From assembly GCA_964016885.1 (NCBI GenBank), contig OZ024742.1, forward strand, positions 226,982,001 to 227,046,000: 64,000 nt of DNA, read 5' to 3'. Below, piece by piece: positions 1-12,514 of this stretch. The notes below the pieces were generated by a model. That model had not been told where the DNA came from, searched no databases, and saw only the letters and a list, made by a program, of their open reading frames with translations. A program made the position numbers and the translations under genes. The DNA comes from Eledone cirrhosa (lineage: Eukaryota). Each line of letters begins with the position of its first letter. Position 1 is the stretch's first letter.

Positions 1-34
<34 letters not shown>

Positions 35-378
35 ATGTATATATATGTGTATATATATGTGTATATATATATGTGTATATATATATATGTGTATATATAT
101 ATATGTGTATATATATGTGTGTATATATATATGTGTATATATATGTGTGTATATATATGTGTGTATATATATATGTGTGTATATATATATGTGTATATAT
201 ATATGTGTGTATATATATGTGTATATATATGTGTATGTGTATATATATGTGTATGTATATATATATGTGTATGTATATATATATGTGTGTATGTATATAT
301 ATATGTGTGTATGTATATATATATGTGTATGTATATATATATGTGTGTATGTATATATATATGTGTGTATGTATATAT

Positions 379-468
<90 letters not shown>

Positions 469-662
469 GTGTATATATATATATGTGTATATATATATGT
501 GTATGTGTATATATATATGTATATATATATGTGTATGTATATATATATATATGTGTATATATATATGTGTATGTATATATATATATGTGTGTATATATAT
601 GTGTATATATATATATATATGTGTGTATATATATATATGTGTATGTATATATATATATATAT
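1..662. repeat. (TA)n microsatellite with TG/TATG interruptions
   Basis: Direct reading; the poly-YI/VY ORFs are artefacts of it. Confidence 0.97.
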
Positions 663-665
663 AAT

Positions 666-1934
666 TAGGGTGCGGAGGTTATTTGTTCACAAGATTACTG
701 TCTAGGAAAAAATAACACAGTAGTTTTATTTGTTAAGATATATTTATCAAACTTGGGTTTGTTTGTCTTCATGACTTGTTCTTTCGATCTCACTCGATAA
801 ACCCGCGATTGGCTTTGATGATGGCCTTCAAGGCGGCCTCGGAACTGGCTACAGGCCTTCGTCACTGTCTCCTGACTTAGGCCCCTAAAGGAACTTGTGA
901 TCCTGGCCTTCAGATCGTCCTTCGTATTGCAGCTAGATCTGTTGGTGTCTCGTCCCACTGCGCACCTCACAAAGAAGTCAAGGGGGTTGCAGTCAGGCGA
1001 GCTGGGAGGCCAGATGTCAGGTGAAGTGTGGTCGACGAAGTTCTCTGACAGCCAGGCTTGGGTCTTTCGGCTGGTATGGCAGGGCGCTGAGTCTTGCTGC
1101 CACACATACGGCCTACCTGCAGCTACCTGGTCGATCCAGGGCTTTACTACTTCTCTCAGAACAGCTTGAGGCCCTCAGAGAAGAAGTGAGGTGGCATGAC
1201 GTCACCTTGATTGTTGACGACACCTAAGACCAATGTTGTCGCTGGAAACTTTGGATGAGAAAATATGGATGAGACAGCGAGCCACCTGTTGTTCTGGGAG
1301 TTGATCTTCTGGTCTTGGCAGAAGTTTTTCTCGTCGGAGAAAAACCACAGCATGTCTGGCTCCAGTGAGTCTTTCAACTTGTTCATCAGCTTCTTCGTGT
1401 GCTTCAGTTGCTTTTCTTGCATCGCCTTTGACAGAAATTGACCTTTCCTCATCTTGTATGAAACGTAGCAAATGTCTTCATGTACCACCAGCCTAATGAG
1501 CTTTTCATCCACGCCGTTTTCCCTTGCAATGGCACACATCGAGTTGCTAGGTTCATTGTTGATGATATTCTGAACTTCAGTGAAGAACTCGGGCGTTCTG
1601 AAGGCGTCAGATCGTCGATCATATGTTTTGCTCTCTGATGTTGCTTCGTAGTTGAATCCTGTATCTTCCAATTCCTTTCTGACCTTTTCCACCATTCTCC
1701 TGCTGACGCTGAGAAAGTCTGAAATTTCCTTATTTGTCCTCCTGGCTTGGATTCCAAGAACTCTGTGTCTCTTCCACAAATTTGGAGGTTCAAAATTATT
1801 CATAATCAATTATTCTGAAAATAAATACTGGAAATATAGTCAGTTTTTATGAAGACAAGAGTGACAACGGAAGTAAAAAAAATTTGCATAAAATTAGCAG
1901 TTGAAAATTGCAAACAAATATCGCCCACACCCTG
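666..1934 (-). mobile_element. Tc1/mariner superfamily DNA transposon, maT (DD37D) type, decayed copy
   Basis: Imperfect TIRs (t/c)agggtgcggaggttatttgtt ... aacaaatatcgcccacaccctg followed by TA. ORF pieces 1156-1809 and 695-1105 carry WFFSDEK, WQQDSAPCH and WPPSSPDCNPLD, with 37 residues between the 2nd and 3rd Asp. Frame broken by small deletions; homologous to 42509-43807. Confidence 0.92.
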
Positions 1935-2053
1935 TATATATATATATATATATATACACCTTCTTCCAGCACAGTCATCCATAAATATATGTGGTAAAAG
2001 GGCGAATCAAAGACAGATCAATAATTGATTTTGTTATTGTCTCTGTTCTCTTT

Positions 2054-2680
2054 GATCAGATGTTGTTTACTCGAGAGAAGGCTACGTTGGTATGGACACG
2101 TGATGCGCATGAAAGTCGATAGCTGTATAACAAAGTGCAGGGCAATAAAGATAGACGGTAGTCACGGAATAGGCAGACCTAGAAAAACCTGGGACGAGCT
2201 GATAAACTCCGACCTCACACACTTACACCTCTCCAAGACAATGTCACTGGACCGAGACCTTTGGCGGTACTCAGTAACAGAGAAGACCCGCCTTACCTAA
2301 ATACATAGTAAAACCTACTACAGCCAGTAGGCATCTCTAACAAAATACACCCGTCCCACCACCCCCACCCCATCCACACCACCCCGTTCTATGTAAAGTT
2401 ATGTTGGTGCCGCGCCATCGAGGCCGAAACAAATGAGATCGTGTAGGTGTCACGACAAAAAAACACACAGTCCACGCTGTAATGTGGCCGTGTAGGCAAC
2501 ACGGTAAAAACCTCCCAGACCCACACTGTAAATGTGGTTGGTGTTAGGAAGGGCATCCAACTGTAGAAAACCTGCCAGACAGTCCTATGCGAGCAAGACA
2601 ATCACTCTTGCCTCAAGTGGGACTACCCCCGTCCAAACCCATGCAAGCGTGGAACACGGACGTTAAACGTTGATGATGAT
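2054..2680 (+). mobile_element. RTE-clade LINE family A, 5'-truncated 3' fragment
   Basis: [12 protein letters not shown]...GRPRKTW...EKTRLT* followed by a ~380-nt 3' UTR and (TGA)n tail; near-identical to 37667-38306. Confidence 0.93.
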
Positions 2681-2691
2681 GTGTGTGTATG

Positions 2692-2722
<31 letters not shown>

Positions 2723-2964
2723 ATATGTATGTGTGTGTATGTATGTATATATATATATATGTGTGTGTATATGTATATGTGTGTATATGTATATGTGTGT
2801 ATATATATATGTGTGTGTATATATATATATATGTGTGTGTGTGTATAAATATGTGTGTGTGTATGTCATCATCATCGTTTAACGTCTATCTTCCACGCTA
2901 GAATGGGTTATATGTGTGTATATACATATATATATATATATATAAATATGTGTGTGTGTGTGTG
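2681..2964. repeat. TA/TG microsatellite containing a ~45-bp minus-strand RTE/SINE tail (2866-2910)
   Basis: Direct reading; tcatcatcatcgtttaacgtctatcttccacgctagaatgggtta matches the family A tail variants at 22264 and 46538. Confidence 0.85.
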
Positions 2965-3049
2965 AATATTCTCTTTATTCTTCACCCACTTATTACTGAG
3001 AGGGTTGTGGAGGCAAAACCAACTGGCAGGAGACCCAGGAATATAGATC

Positions 3050-3538
3050 CTTCCTTGATGAAATCACTGCAGCATTCGATGTAGTTAAGAGTGAGTCATA
3101 TATCCTAATGGGAGATTTCAATGTACATGTGGGCACCTGACATGGAAAGGAGTGATTGGAAGGAACGGCGATCCTGATCTAAATACAAATGGAGAGGCCT
3201 TATTAGACTTCTGTTCTAGCAATGGACTCTCTATTATGAACACCTTCTTCCAGCACAGTCATCCATAAATATATGTGGTAAAAGGGCGAATCAAAGACAG
3301 ATCAATAATTGATTTTGTTATTGTCTCTGTTCTCTTTGATTCTGTGTTAGATGTTCATGTTAAGAGAGGGACTGAGCTGTCAACTGATCACCTTCTAGTT
3401 ATCTGCAACTCAAGACTACATAAAGCCAAAGAAGCCCACAAAACTGGCAGGCCTAGGTCGACCTACAGGATAAAGTGTATAAGGAAGTCAGGACCAGGTA
3501 TGCAGATCCTATTGCATCCAAATTCAGAGAACTCCCTC
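3050..3538 (+). pseudogene. Decayed AP-endonuclease fragment of an Expander/Rex3-like RTE LINE
   Basis: Translates to ILMGDFNVHVG, WKGVIGRNGDPDLNTNGEALLDFC..NGLSIMNTFF and SIIDFVIVS...RGTELSTDHLLV (APE motifs GDFN and TDH), with stops and frameshifts. Confidence 0.8.
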
Positions 3539-4049
3539 TGTGTGTGGGTGTGTGTGTGTGTACATACATAAACACACAAGGGTGTATAGATAAGTAAAAA
3601 TGTGTGTTAGGCAGAAAAGTATATTGACATCATTATGTGTATCAGAATACATTTAAATCATTCAATAATGAAAGAATATTTTAATATAATAGCAACATAG
3701 TAAATGGAATCAGTTTATCCTTGAATACTGTTGACTGTTTTATTTCATTTTCTTTAAAAAAATTTTTTCCATTTCTCGTACATAAAATGTTTCAAGGAAA
3801 TTTCTAGAATCACATAAAAATGTCATTCGTATTCAATTATGTGGTGAATACTATTTTTATTTATTTAATTATCCAATTCTTTGACTAAAAAAATAAAAAA
3901 AATGTTTTTTTTTTCTTTTAAAATGCCAAGCTTGTGATCCTACACTGTCAATATTATATTTTATATTAACCTTTTTGATACCAACTGAGCCCAAAACTGG
4001 TTTTGGTTCTATGAAGCAAAACCATCCATTTTAAAGAGTTCCTATTTAA

Positions 4050-4268
4050 CCCTTTAGCATTTACATTACTCTATATTTACTATTATATTTTCACGTAAAG
4101 GCTTTATCTCATAATTATCTCACATAATATCAAATCTATGAGATTTTGATGTTATTTATTTTTTAGAACAATACTTTAACATCAGTATGAGTGGCCAGTT
4201 ATGGCCAGTTTGAACAGAAAGAGGTGAGAGAATTCTGGCTGGATACAGCTGGTTTAAATGCTAAAGGG
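4050..4268 (+). mobile_element. piggyBac-like MITE (family P1), TTAA target duplication
   Basis: 14-bp TIR ccctttagcattta/taaatgctaaaggg flanked by TTAA on both sides; an empty-site homolog lies at ~10275-10320. Confidence 0.88.
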
Positions 4269-5778
4269 TTAAATTACAATCTTCCAACATAATTTTATGA
4301 GAACCATATGTTAAGTTACTAGCTCAGTAATTAAATAATTAATTTTAGTAAAACCCTAGAATTTCTTCTTTAATTAAATAAAATAGTCATCTGTTTTATA
4401 TAATGACTCAACAAAGGTTCTGACATAAAATTATGACGGAAGGTTTTTAGGTAAATATAAACTCTTCAAAATAAACAGTTTTGTAATGTAGAACCAGGGG
4501 ATGAGTCGTATGAGCACGATCAAATGGCTGTAATGTCCAACAATGGTTATTTAATGAAGGTTCACCTTCTGATTACTCCCTGTATACCTGTATCTATTTG
4601 TTAACTGATAGACAATAGTTAATTCCAGGCTCATCACATTCAAACCAAAAATTAATTTTAGCTCTCTAGATAAAATCATAAAGAAGAAAGAAGCACAACA
4701 AAACCTAATTTAGTTCCTATTGTTGATTTTCATTGGATTCACTTATTTTGCATTGCTTCTGTTTCCAATTCTATATTTGGCACTAATTTTAAAATGGTAA
4801 ATCTATCTTACATGCAATCTGTTATTATGTAAGAATTGGATTGCATAAATAAGAAAACATTAAAACTTCTGCATTAGTTAGAGCTTAAGATTTCTATAAA
4901 ATCTACCTAATATAGAAATAGAAATACTTTGTTGTTTTTTTTTTGTTTTTTTTTGCTTTTGTTATTTCGTGCTGGCCAGTAATGACATTGCTCCTTGTTT
5001 TACAGTCTTTCAAACCTTTTAACAGCCACTGGAGTATTTTCAGGAACAGAAAATCTTTGTTTTGTTTTGTCTTTAGTAATTTTAACATAGAAAACAAGAT
5101 TGTGAAAAATAATTGTATAGCTTTTGTAATAGAAAATGACTGGTTGAGAAAAGTGATATGAAATAGAACCAGTGATGGATGTTGTGAAGAGAAATAGGAT
5201 GAGATGGTGGGTCAAGTGTTGAGAAAGGATGACTGGATGAAAGGAGGAATGTTTAAGAAATAGAGCCAAAGATGAGTATGGTGAAGAGAAATAGAATGAA
5301 ATTGTTGGGTCATGAGTTGAGGAAGGATGGAAGTGACTGGGTGAATAATTGTAATGTGTGTGGATGGATGTGGGGGAAAAGGAATACTAAGAAAGACATG
5401 GTTAAAGATGGAGAAAGAAAGAAATCAAAGCTAGAGAGTTGGTGAGGATAGGGTGGGGAGGTAAACAGGATATGGCAAAATGGAGAAGCTTGCGATCGGT
5501 CCCACAAGGCTAACATATGCTGAAGCAAAGAAAATAGCTTTAAAATGATTGTAATTGTTGTTTTGTAATAGAATCTGGTTGAGTCGATATTAAGAAACCT
5601 CTAGAGGAGAAACTTAATGAAACTAGAATTGTATTGAAGAAATAATGCAGCAGTTTATTTCTAACAAGTAGATTTATTAAATTAGTGAAGTACATTGGAA
5701 TATATAAAAATAAACTCTTTTCTTTCCTAGTATAGTTTGCCATTGATATCTGATGTTTTGTAGATGTGTGTGGATTAA

Positions 5779-5942
5779 CCCTTCAGCATTTAAACCGGCT
5801 GTAACCAGCTGCTCATACTGATCTTAAGGTATTGTTCTAAAAATAAATAATATCAAAATCTTGTAGATTCTATATTATGTGAGATAAATCCTTTACTGGG
5901 AAAATACAATAGTAACTATAGAATAATGTAAATGCTAATGGG
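5779..5942 (-). mobile_element. piggyBac-like MITE P1, internally deleted
   Basis: TTAA-cccttcagcattta ... taaatgctaatggg-TTAA; interior is the reverse complement of 4050-4268. Confidence 0.8.
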
Positions 5943-6713
5943 TTAAAGAAAAACAAAAGACACAAGCATGGCTGTGTGCTTAAGAAGTTTGTTTCACAAT
6001 CACATAGTTTTAGAGTCATTCCTATTGTGTGGAACCTTGAGCAAATAACAACTGCTTATGAGTTTCAAATTCTTGTGAAAATAATAATGAAAATGAAGGG
6101 AATTAGTAATATAACCAATTTTGGCATTATTAAGTTGGTGTTTGGAACAACATAATTTAATTATGATGGAAGTTTTTTGATAAATATTAACATTTAAAAA
6201 TGATTTTGTATCATAGAACCGGTGGGATGGTCAGGGTGTATGGTATAAAATGGGTTATGCTCTTTAGTGTGTGCTCAAAAAAAGAAAATTCAGTTACAGG
6301 AACAAAATAAAGGTTTGGTTATTACTAAATATAGATAGATATCAATTTTGGTTTAATAATAATAATGATAAAAATAGTAGTAGTAGTAGTAGTAGTCATG
6401 AAAATAGAAAGATATGAGCTATTTTTGATCATTTCAAAGTTTGATTTCATATTTTTATGTTTTATGCTTCAATTCCAGATGATTCCAAATTAGATGGCTA
6501 AAGTTCCTCTCTATGGTTATTGATCCAAAAGTTTTGATCACCAATCCTAGTTTATGTAAATGTCTGTTCTGGACAAGGCCATTGGGAAATAGGTACAATT
6601 CCGTCTTGATGATTGTTATTGATGGTGAACTTTGATATCTTCCATAGGAATGGCATCAACTGTCCAGAACTGGCCTTCAAAGTGGCTTTCAAATACACAT
6701 TTGAAGAACCATC

Positions 6714-6980
6714 TATCATCACCATCTCCATACCTATTATCATCACCATATCCATCATCATTTTCACTACCATCATCACTACCACCACCATCATCATCGT
6801 CATCACCATCATCATCGTCATCACCATCATCATCATCACCACCACCACAACTACCACCACCATTGTTGCTACCACCATCACCACCATCATCCTCACCATC
6901 ATCCTCAACATTAACATCATCATCACTGTCATTAACATCATCATTGTCATTATCATCATTACTATCACTATCATCATCAC
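6714..6980. repeat. Degenerate (CAT/CAC)n trinucleotide repeat
   Basis: Direct reading. Confidence 0.9.
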
Positions 6981-7130
6981 AGGTGCAGGAATGGCCATGT
7001 GGTTAAGGAGTTTGTTCTGTCATCACATAGTTTCAGGTACAGATCTATTGCATTGAATCTTTGGCGTCTTCTACCATGGCCTCAGATCAGTGTAATTTGG
7101 TAGATGGAAACTGTGGAAAGCCATCATATA
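6981..7130 (+). mobile_element. Old tRNA-derived SINE (third family; related copies ~5962-6045 +, 14553-14704 -, 45930-46082 -)
   Basis: ggccatgtggttaaggagtttg head and tttggtagatggaaactgtggaaagcc tail followed by (TG)n; the same motifs recur at the listed sites. Confidence 0.6.
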
Positions 7131-7138
7131 CACATTAG

Positions 7139-7188
<50 letters not shown>

Positions 7189-7190
7189 AT

Positions 7191-8168
7191 ATAACAGACC
7201 AACTTAAAGTGACGGAAAGAGTTCTAGCACAACTAATTAGGGAAAGAGTGAAATTAGATGATATGCAGTTCAGTTTTATGCCTGGGAAAAGTACTACAGA
7301 TGCTCCCTTCTTAATGAAATAACTACAAGAGAAGTTGCTAAGCTGCTATATCTAGCTTTCATTGATCTAGAAAAGGCTTTTGACAGAATACCTCGATCTG
7401 TTATCTGGTGGTCCTTAAGGAAATTAGGTGTAGAAATTAGGTGTAGAAAAATGGCTTGTGAGAGCAGTGCAAGCCATATACAGAGGAGTTGTCAGTAAAG
7501 TGAGAGTAGGAAGTGAATTTAGTGAGGTATTCAAGGTAGAGGGAGGAGTTCATGAGGGTTCAGTTCTCAGACCACTGCTGTTCATCATAGTTCTCCAGGC
7601 CATAGCAGAGGAGTTTAAGCCTGAACTGTCTATGGGAACTTTTCTATGAGGATGATCTGGTCCTTATAGCTGAATCCATAAAAGAACTAGATAATAATTT
7701 CTGACTATGGAAACAGAATTTGGAATCAAATTTAAACTTAGCTAAAACTAAAGTGCTCTTAAGTAGGAAAGAAGATATGACCCTGATTCCTTCTGGGAAG
7801 TGACCCTGCTCTAGGTGATGTACACAATGTAAATCTTGGCTACACAAGTGATGTAGTGAGTTAACAGGTAGTCTAACAGGAAGGGAAGACTTTGTATGTA
7901 AAAGATGCACATGAGTAAGAGAGGAAGAATGTCAGTTATATAAACCTTTTCCAATCACAGGAAGGATCCATAGAAGTGGTTGATAGCTTCTGCTATCTAG
8001 GTGACCTAATTAGCAGTGGATGAGGGTTCTCTGATAGCATAATGGCTAAAATAAGGATAGGATGGAAGAAGTTTAGAGAACTACACCTATTGTTGACAAC
8101 AAAAGCTTTCTCCCTATCTACAAAAGGATTGCTGTATGATGCCTATGTTCGAAGTGTGATGCTGCATA
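7191..8168 (+). pseudogene. Old RTE LINE (family B-like) RT fragment
   Basis: VLAQLIRERVKLDDMQF, GVHEGSVL.PLLFII and YEDDLVL motifs with many stops and frameshifts. Confidence 0.85.
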
Positions 8169-8574
8169 GACTTATATCCTCTACACATTAGACTTTTGTG
8201 TTGCTTAAATTATGTTGCATAATGCTAAACATTAATGCTTTTTGCTGCCTTGTTTATGAATCTATCTCTCGTATTTGGCTCTTTAAAAATACTTCTTTTC
8301 ACTTTGACTCTTATTTGCTGATTACCACCTACTAACCTGGTATTTTGGGACATGTATTCCCCAAATCTAATATTTGTTTCCTGAAGAAATTTGTGATATG
8401 TGAGTGCAATGTTTGTTGATTTAATTAATTAATTAATCTGCAATTATTATTGATGTTTGCAATTACATTTCGTTAAATCGAAATGAACGTAGAAATGAAT
8501 AAATTGATTTGAACATCAATCTTTGATCTTTACCTAAATTGAATTTTATATCTATATCTATATATCTATCTATA

Positions 8575-9869
8575 TATTCAGCACAGCATCTCTCCACTTG
8601 TCACGGTCCTTTGTCATCTCCATCATGAGCTTTAGTGATCTGAGGTCTGCTCTCACCACCTCCGTCCATGTTTTTCGTGGTCTACCTCTACCACGTCTTC
8701 CTTCAACTGACATTTCCTGGCACTTCTTCAACCATCGGTCACCCACCATGCACATCACATGTCCATACCATCGCAGTCTCCTCTCTCGCACACTACAATC
8801 TATCCCTCTCAGACACACAGTTTCTCTCTCAACACATCAATGCTCGGTCGTTCACGCACATTGACATTGCACATCCAACAGAGCATGTTTGCCTCATTTC
8901 TCTCCAGCCGTTGCATATCCTCTGCAGTTGCTGCCCATGTCTCACTACCATGCATCATCGCACCCCTCACACAGGCATCATACAAACGGCCTTTTGTGTG
9001 CAGGGAGAAACCCTTCTTCGTCAGCAGAGGAATCAGCTCCCTAAACTTCTTCCAACCCGTCCTTATTCTAGATACTATGGCCTCGGAAACCCCCCCACCC
9101 CCACCCCATGCTAATCTGATCTCCCAGGTACCAGAAGCTATCAACCACTTCTATAGCACCCACCTGCATTTGAAAAATGTGTCTATCAATGTGACTTCTA
9201 CTGTCTAATTTCCCTGTACATCTACTGCATACGTATTTCTCCCTACCTGTTAGTTTGCATGTTATCCCACTACATCTCTTGTGTACCCAAGATCTGCATT
9301 GTGTGCATTTTATAGAATTTATGCCAGTTCCTTTTCTGCATATCGAACATGGCCATTTCCCTGACGGAATCAGTTTTGTCTGCTTTTCTACTCATCAACA
9401 CTTTTGTCTTAGCTAGGTTCACTCTCAACCCTCTTGATTCTAACTGCTGTTTCCATAGCCAGAATTTATTCTCTAGCTCCTCTACTGATTCTGCTATAAG
9501 AACCAGATCGTCAGCATAGAGAAGTTTCCATGACAGCCAGTCTTAAACTCCTTCTTTAATTAGTTGTGCTAATATCCTTTCTGCCACTTTCATAACCTGA
9601 TCCATCAGTTTCATACCCCTATAATTGCTCCTCTTCAGAGCATCCCCTTTAGCTTTGTAGCAATTTATGAGAATACTGCTGCACCAGTCTTTGGGTATGA
9701 CACCACCATATATAGCCTGATTGATGATGCACACAACCAGTTTAGTGCCTACGTCCCCTGATGCCTTCAGCATCTCAGCAACTATCCCCGACGATCCGGC
9801 GGCCTTACCATTTTTCATTTCCTTAATCGCCTCTTGGACCTTATATTCGTCAATCTTAATAGCTGGTCC
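8575..9869 (-). mobile_element. RTE LINE family B fragment with internal deletion
   Basis: MKNGKAAG...LAQLI is joined directly to the EFKTGC region (junction ~9552), followed by PHD finger, RIRTGWKKF and RRLRWYGHV...DAVLN; homologous to 57930-59580. Confidence 0.9.
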
Positions 9870-10353
9870 AGAGAGAGAGAGAGTGAGAGAGAGTGTGTGA
9901 GAGAGAGAGTGAGAGAGAGTGTGTGAGAGAGACAGGGAGAGAGAGAGTAAAACAAAAATAAACCATTGGAAACATTCCTGATGTCAAATGTTTTATGGAC
10001 TTCCAGAAAGTTTTCAATGTTTATTTTCAATAAAACTAAAGTTTCTTGACTGAAATACAACTTGGCTGAGTTTATAGATGTCTGTAGCTGAGTTTATAGA
10101 TGTCTGTGTTTTTGATGAATCACTATATATTTAAGTAGAATCTGTGCTGGTGAGAATTCAGTGAATTTAGTGGTGGTGAGGTAGAACATTGGTTGTGATT
10201 GGGTTTCTTTCTCTTTTGACACCAAACCACCCAAAGCCACCACTGGTTCCATGAAACAAAACCAGCTATTTTATAGTGTTCCTATTTAAATTATAATCTT
10301 CCAACATAACTTTATGTAATAACCATTTATGTTACTATCTTGGTAATGAAATA

Positions 10354-10878
10354 TCATCATCATCATCAGTCTTTTTAAAAGTCTTTTAAACATCTGCAAT
10401 TCTTGCATGGGTTGGTTGGGCCCAGCACTGTCTCACTTAACATGTAGCATTCCCTTGTCATCTCCTTGTGAGATAGGTGTTTTGAGATTAGCTCACACCA
10501 CCTTTGTCCAAGTCTTTCTTGGACCTCCCCAGTTACATCTCCCTTCTACTAAGAACTTTTGGTACTTCTTCACTCAAAGATCAACCATACACATCACGTC
10601 CACACTAACACAGTCTCTTCTCTTGTGCACTAAATTTAGTTCCCCTTTAACTCAGTTTCTCTCCCAGCTCATCCATGCTTTGCTGTTCATTTTTCTTCAG
10701 TCTTCACATATCCTCTGCACTTACTGTCCATGTTTCACTCTTATGCAATATCACACTTCATGCACGGCCATCATCTAGCTGGCTTTTTGTTAGTAGGAAG
10801 AAACCTTTTGTTGTCAATAAAAGTAGCAGTTCCCTGATCTTATTCCATCATCTTATTCTAACTATGATGTTTTCAGAG
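10354..10878 (-). pseudogene. Highly decayed RTE LINE 3' fragment
   Basis: (CAT)n tail and residual similarity to the family B C-terminus. Confidence 0.6.
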
Positions 10879-11579
10879 TAACTAATAATCTTAGTAAAGC
10901 TCTCAAAATTCTTCATTAACCCTTTTGGTATTAACCTGGCCATAACTGGCTCTGGCCAAATTCTTCAGTAACTAAGTTAAATACAGTGTCTTTCATTAGA
11001 AATATGGTGATGAAAGAGTTGAATATACTTTATTTTCACTGGAAAGATCATTTAACCCTTTATGTTCCAAACACTAGTTTAATGCATTTGATACCAAACT
11101 GCCTGAAACCACTTATGGTTTTATGATACAAAGCTGTTCATCTTAAAGTTTGTATATTTATCTAAAGATCTTCCATCATAATTTTATGTAAGAAGCATTA
11201 TGTTATGCTCTAAACAACAGCTTAACAATGAGAAAGTTATATTAATAAATCCCTCCAAATTCTTGATTATTTTCAAAATAATTTGAAAACCATAAACAGT
11301 ATCTTTCATTAGAAATGTTGTAATGAAGGGGTTAAAATCAAAGATATCTATATTTAGAGGATGGGATGGCAGCAGAAAAGGCATGTTGTCAGTTAGGGAA
11401 GAGGAGGGAGAAGATGGGCAGTGATTTGGCCATCACTGATGACCTACCAACGTGAGGGTGTTATGGTCAAGGGTCAAAATATCCATCTGATGACATCAAT
11501 TCCTCCTCTCCAAAGCTATAGTCACCAAGGTTGAATGAATGTAAGGAATCTTTAAGGTGTATGCTTTCTTAATACTAAT

Positions 11580-12072
11580 GGGGTTGGTAAAATAAAGTAC
11601 CAGTAACAGGCTGGGGTCGATTTACTTGACTTCCCCTCTCGCAAAATTGTTGGCCTAGTGTCTAAATCAGAAAGCATTATTATTATGATTATTATTATTA
11701 TTATTATTATTATTATGTATGTTCTGAATTCAAATCCCGCCAAGGTTAGCTTTGCCTTTCATCTTTACAGGATCGATAAATAAAGCACCAGTAATGCACT
11801 GGGGTCAATTTAATCGACTTTTCCCTCCCCTTCAAATTGTTGGCCTTGTGCATAAAGTAGAAACAATTATTATAGAGGGCGGTGGATTGGCAGTATCGGT
11901 AGAGGGTCGGACGCCATGCTTTTGCAGCATAGTCCTTTACAGTCTGAGTTCAAATCCTGCCGAGGTTAACTTTGCCTTTCATCCTTACGGGGTCGATAAA
12001 ATAAAGTACCAGTAATGCACTGGGTAATTGCTGGCCTTGTGCCTAAAGTAGAAACAATTATTATTATTATTA
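11580..12072 (+). mobile_element. Tandem cluster of three SINE2-family copies (Nin-domain-like core, (TTA)n tail)
   Basis: B-box gagttcaaatcc; core tttgcctttcatccttacggggtcgataaaataaagtacc resembles the Nin SINE domain; tail ggccttgtgcctaaagtagaaacaattattatt. Confidence 0.82.
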
Positions 12073-12514
12073 TATCAATGTTAAGATGAAAATTATGATG
12101 ATAATTATATGATAGATATATATGATAGTCTCTTGTCAAGATGTATTTACGGAATTATCTAAAGAATCTTAGTTCTCTCTAATCTTTTACATAGAATGGT
12201 GAGATAGTAGAAATGATCTATTTAGTGAGAGGAGATACACACACCATCTCTTATCTTGCTCAGGTGAACAATCTATTGCTAAATCCAACTTTGGAAGGAT
12301 CTGACAGAAGTATAAATACCTTCTCTTGTCAATACTGATTTCTTCAAAAAACTTAACTCTGAAGAAATGTTTTTTCTTTTTTTTTTGTATTTTTCTTAAA
12401 AAGATTGCAATACATTTTTCTCTAGCCAAAATAGTAATGTTTGATTCTTTTCTTTCACTGGTTTCAGTATTTAGGTTCGTGGTCCATGCTGGACCACGGA
12501 TTGAATGGATTTAG

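Noticed and set aside
27-705. Long poly-YI/VY/IC ORFs here and at 29668-36536, 38233-40251, 55717-56445 and 61467-61865
   Set aside because: Translations of (TA)n/(TG)n microsatellites, which lack stop codons by chance.
6552-7056. Met/Val-, Ile/Thr- and Ser/Pro-rich ORFs (also 27266-27555 and 49637-50052)
   Set aside because: Products of (CAT/CAC/TGG)n repeats.
11436-11495. Two CUGAUGA motifs as hammerhead cores
   Set aside because: No GAAA after a stem and no closing stems.
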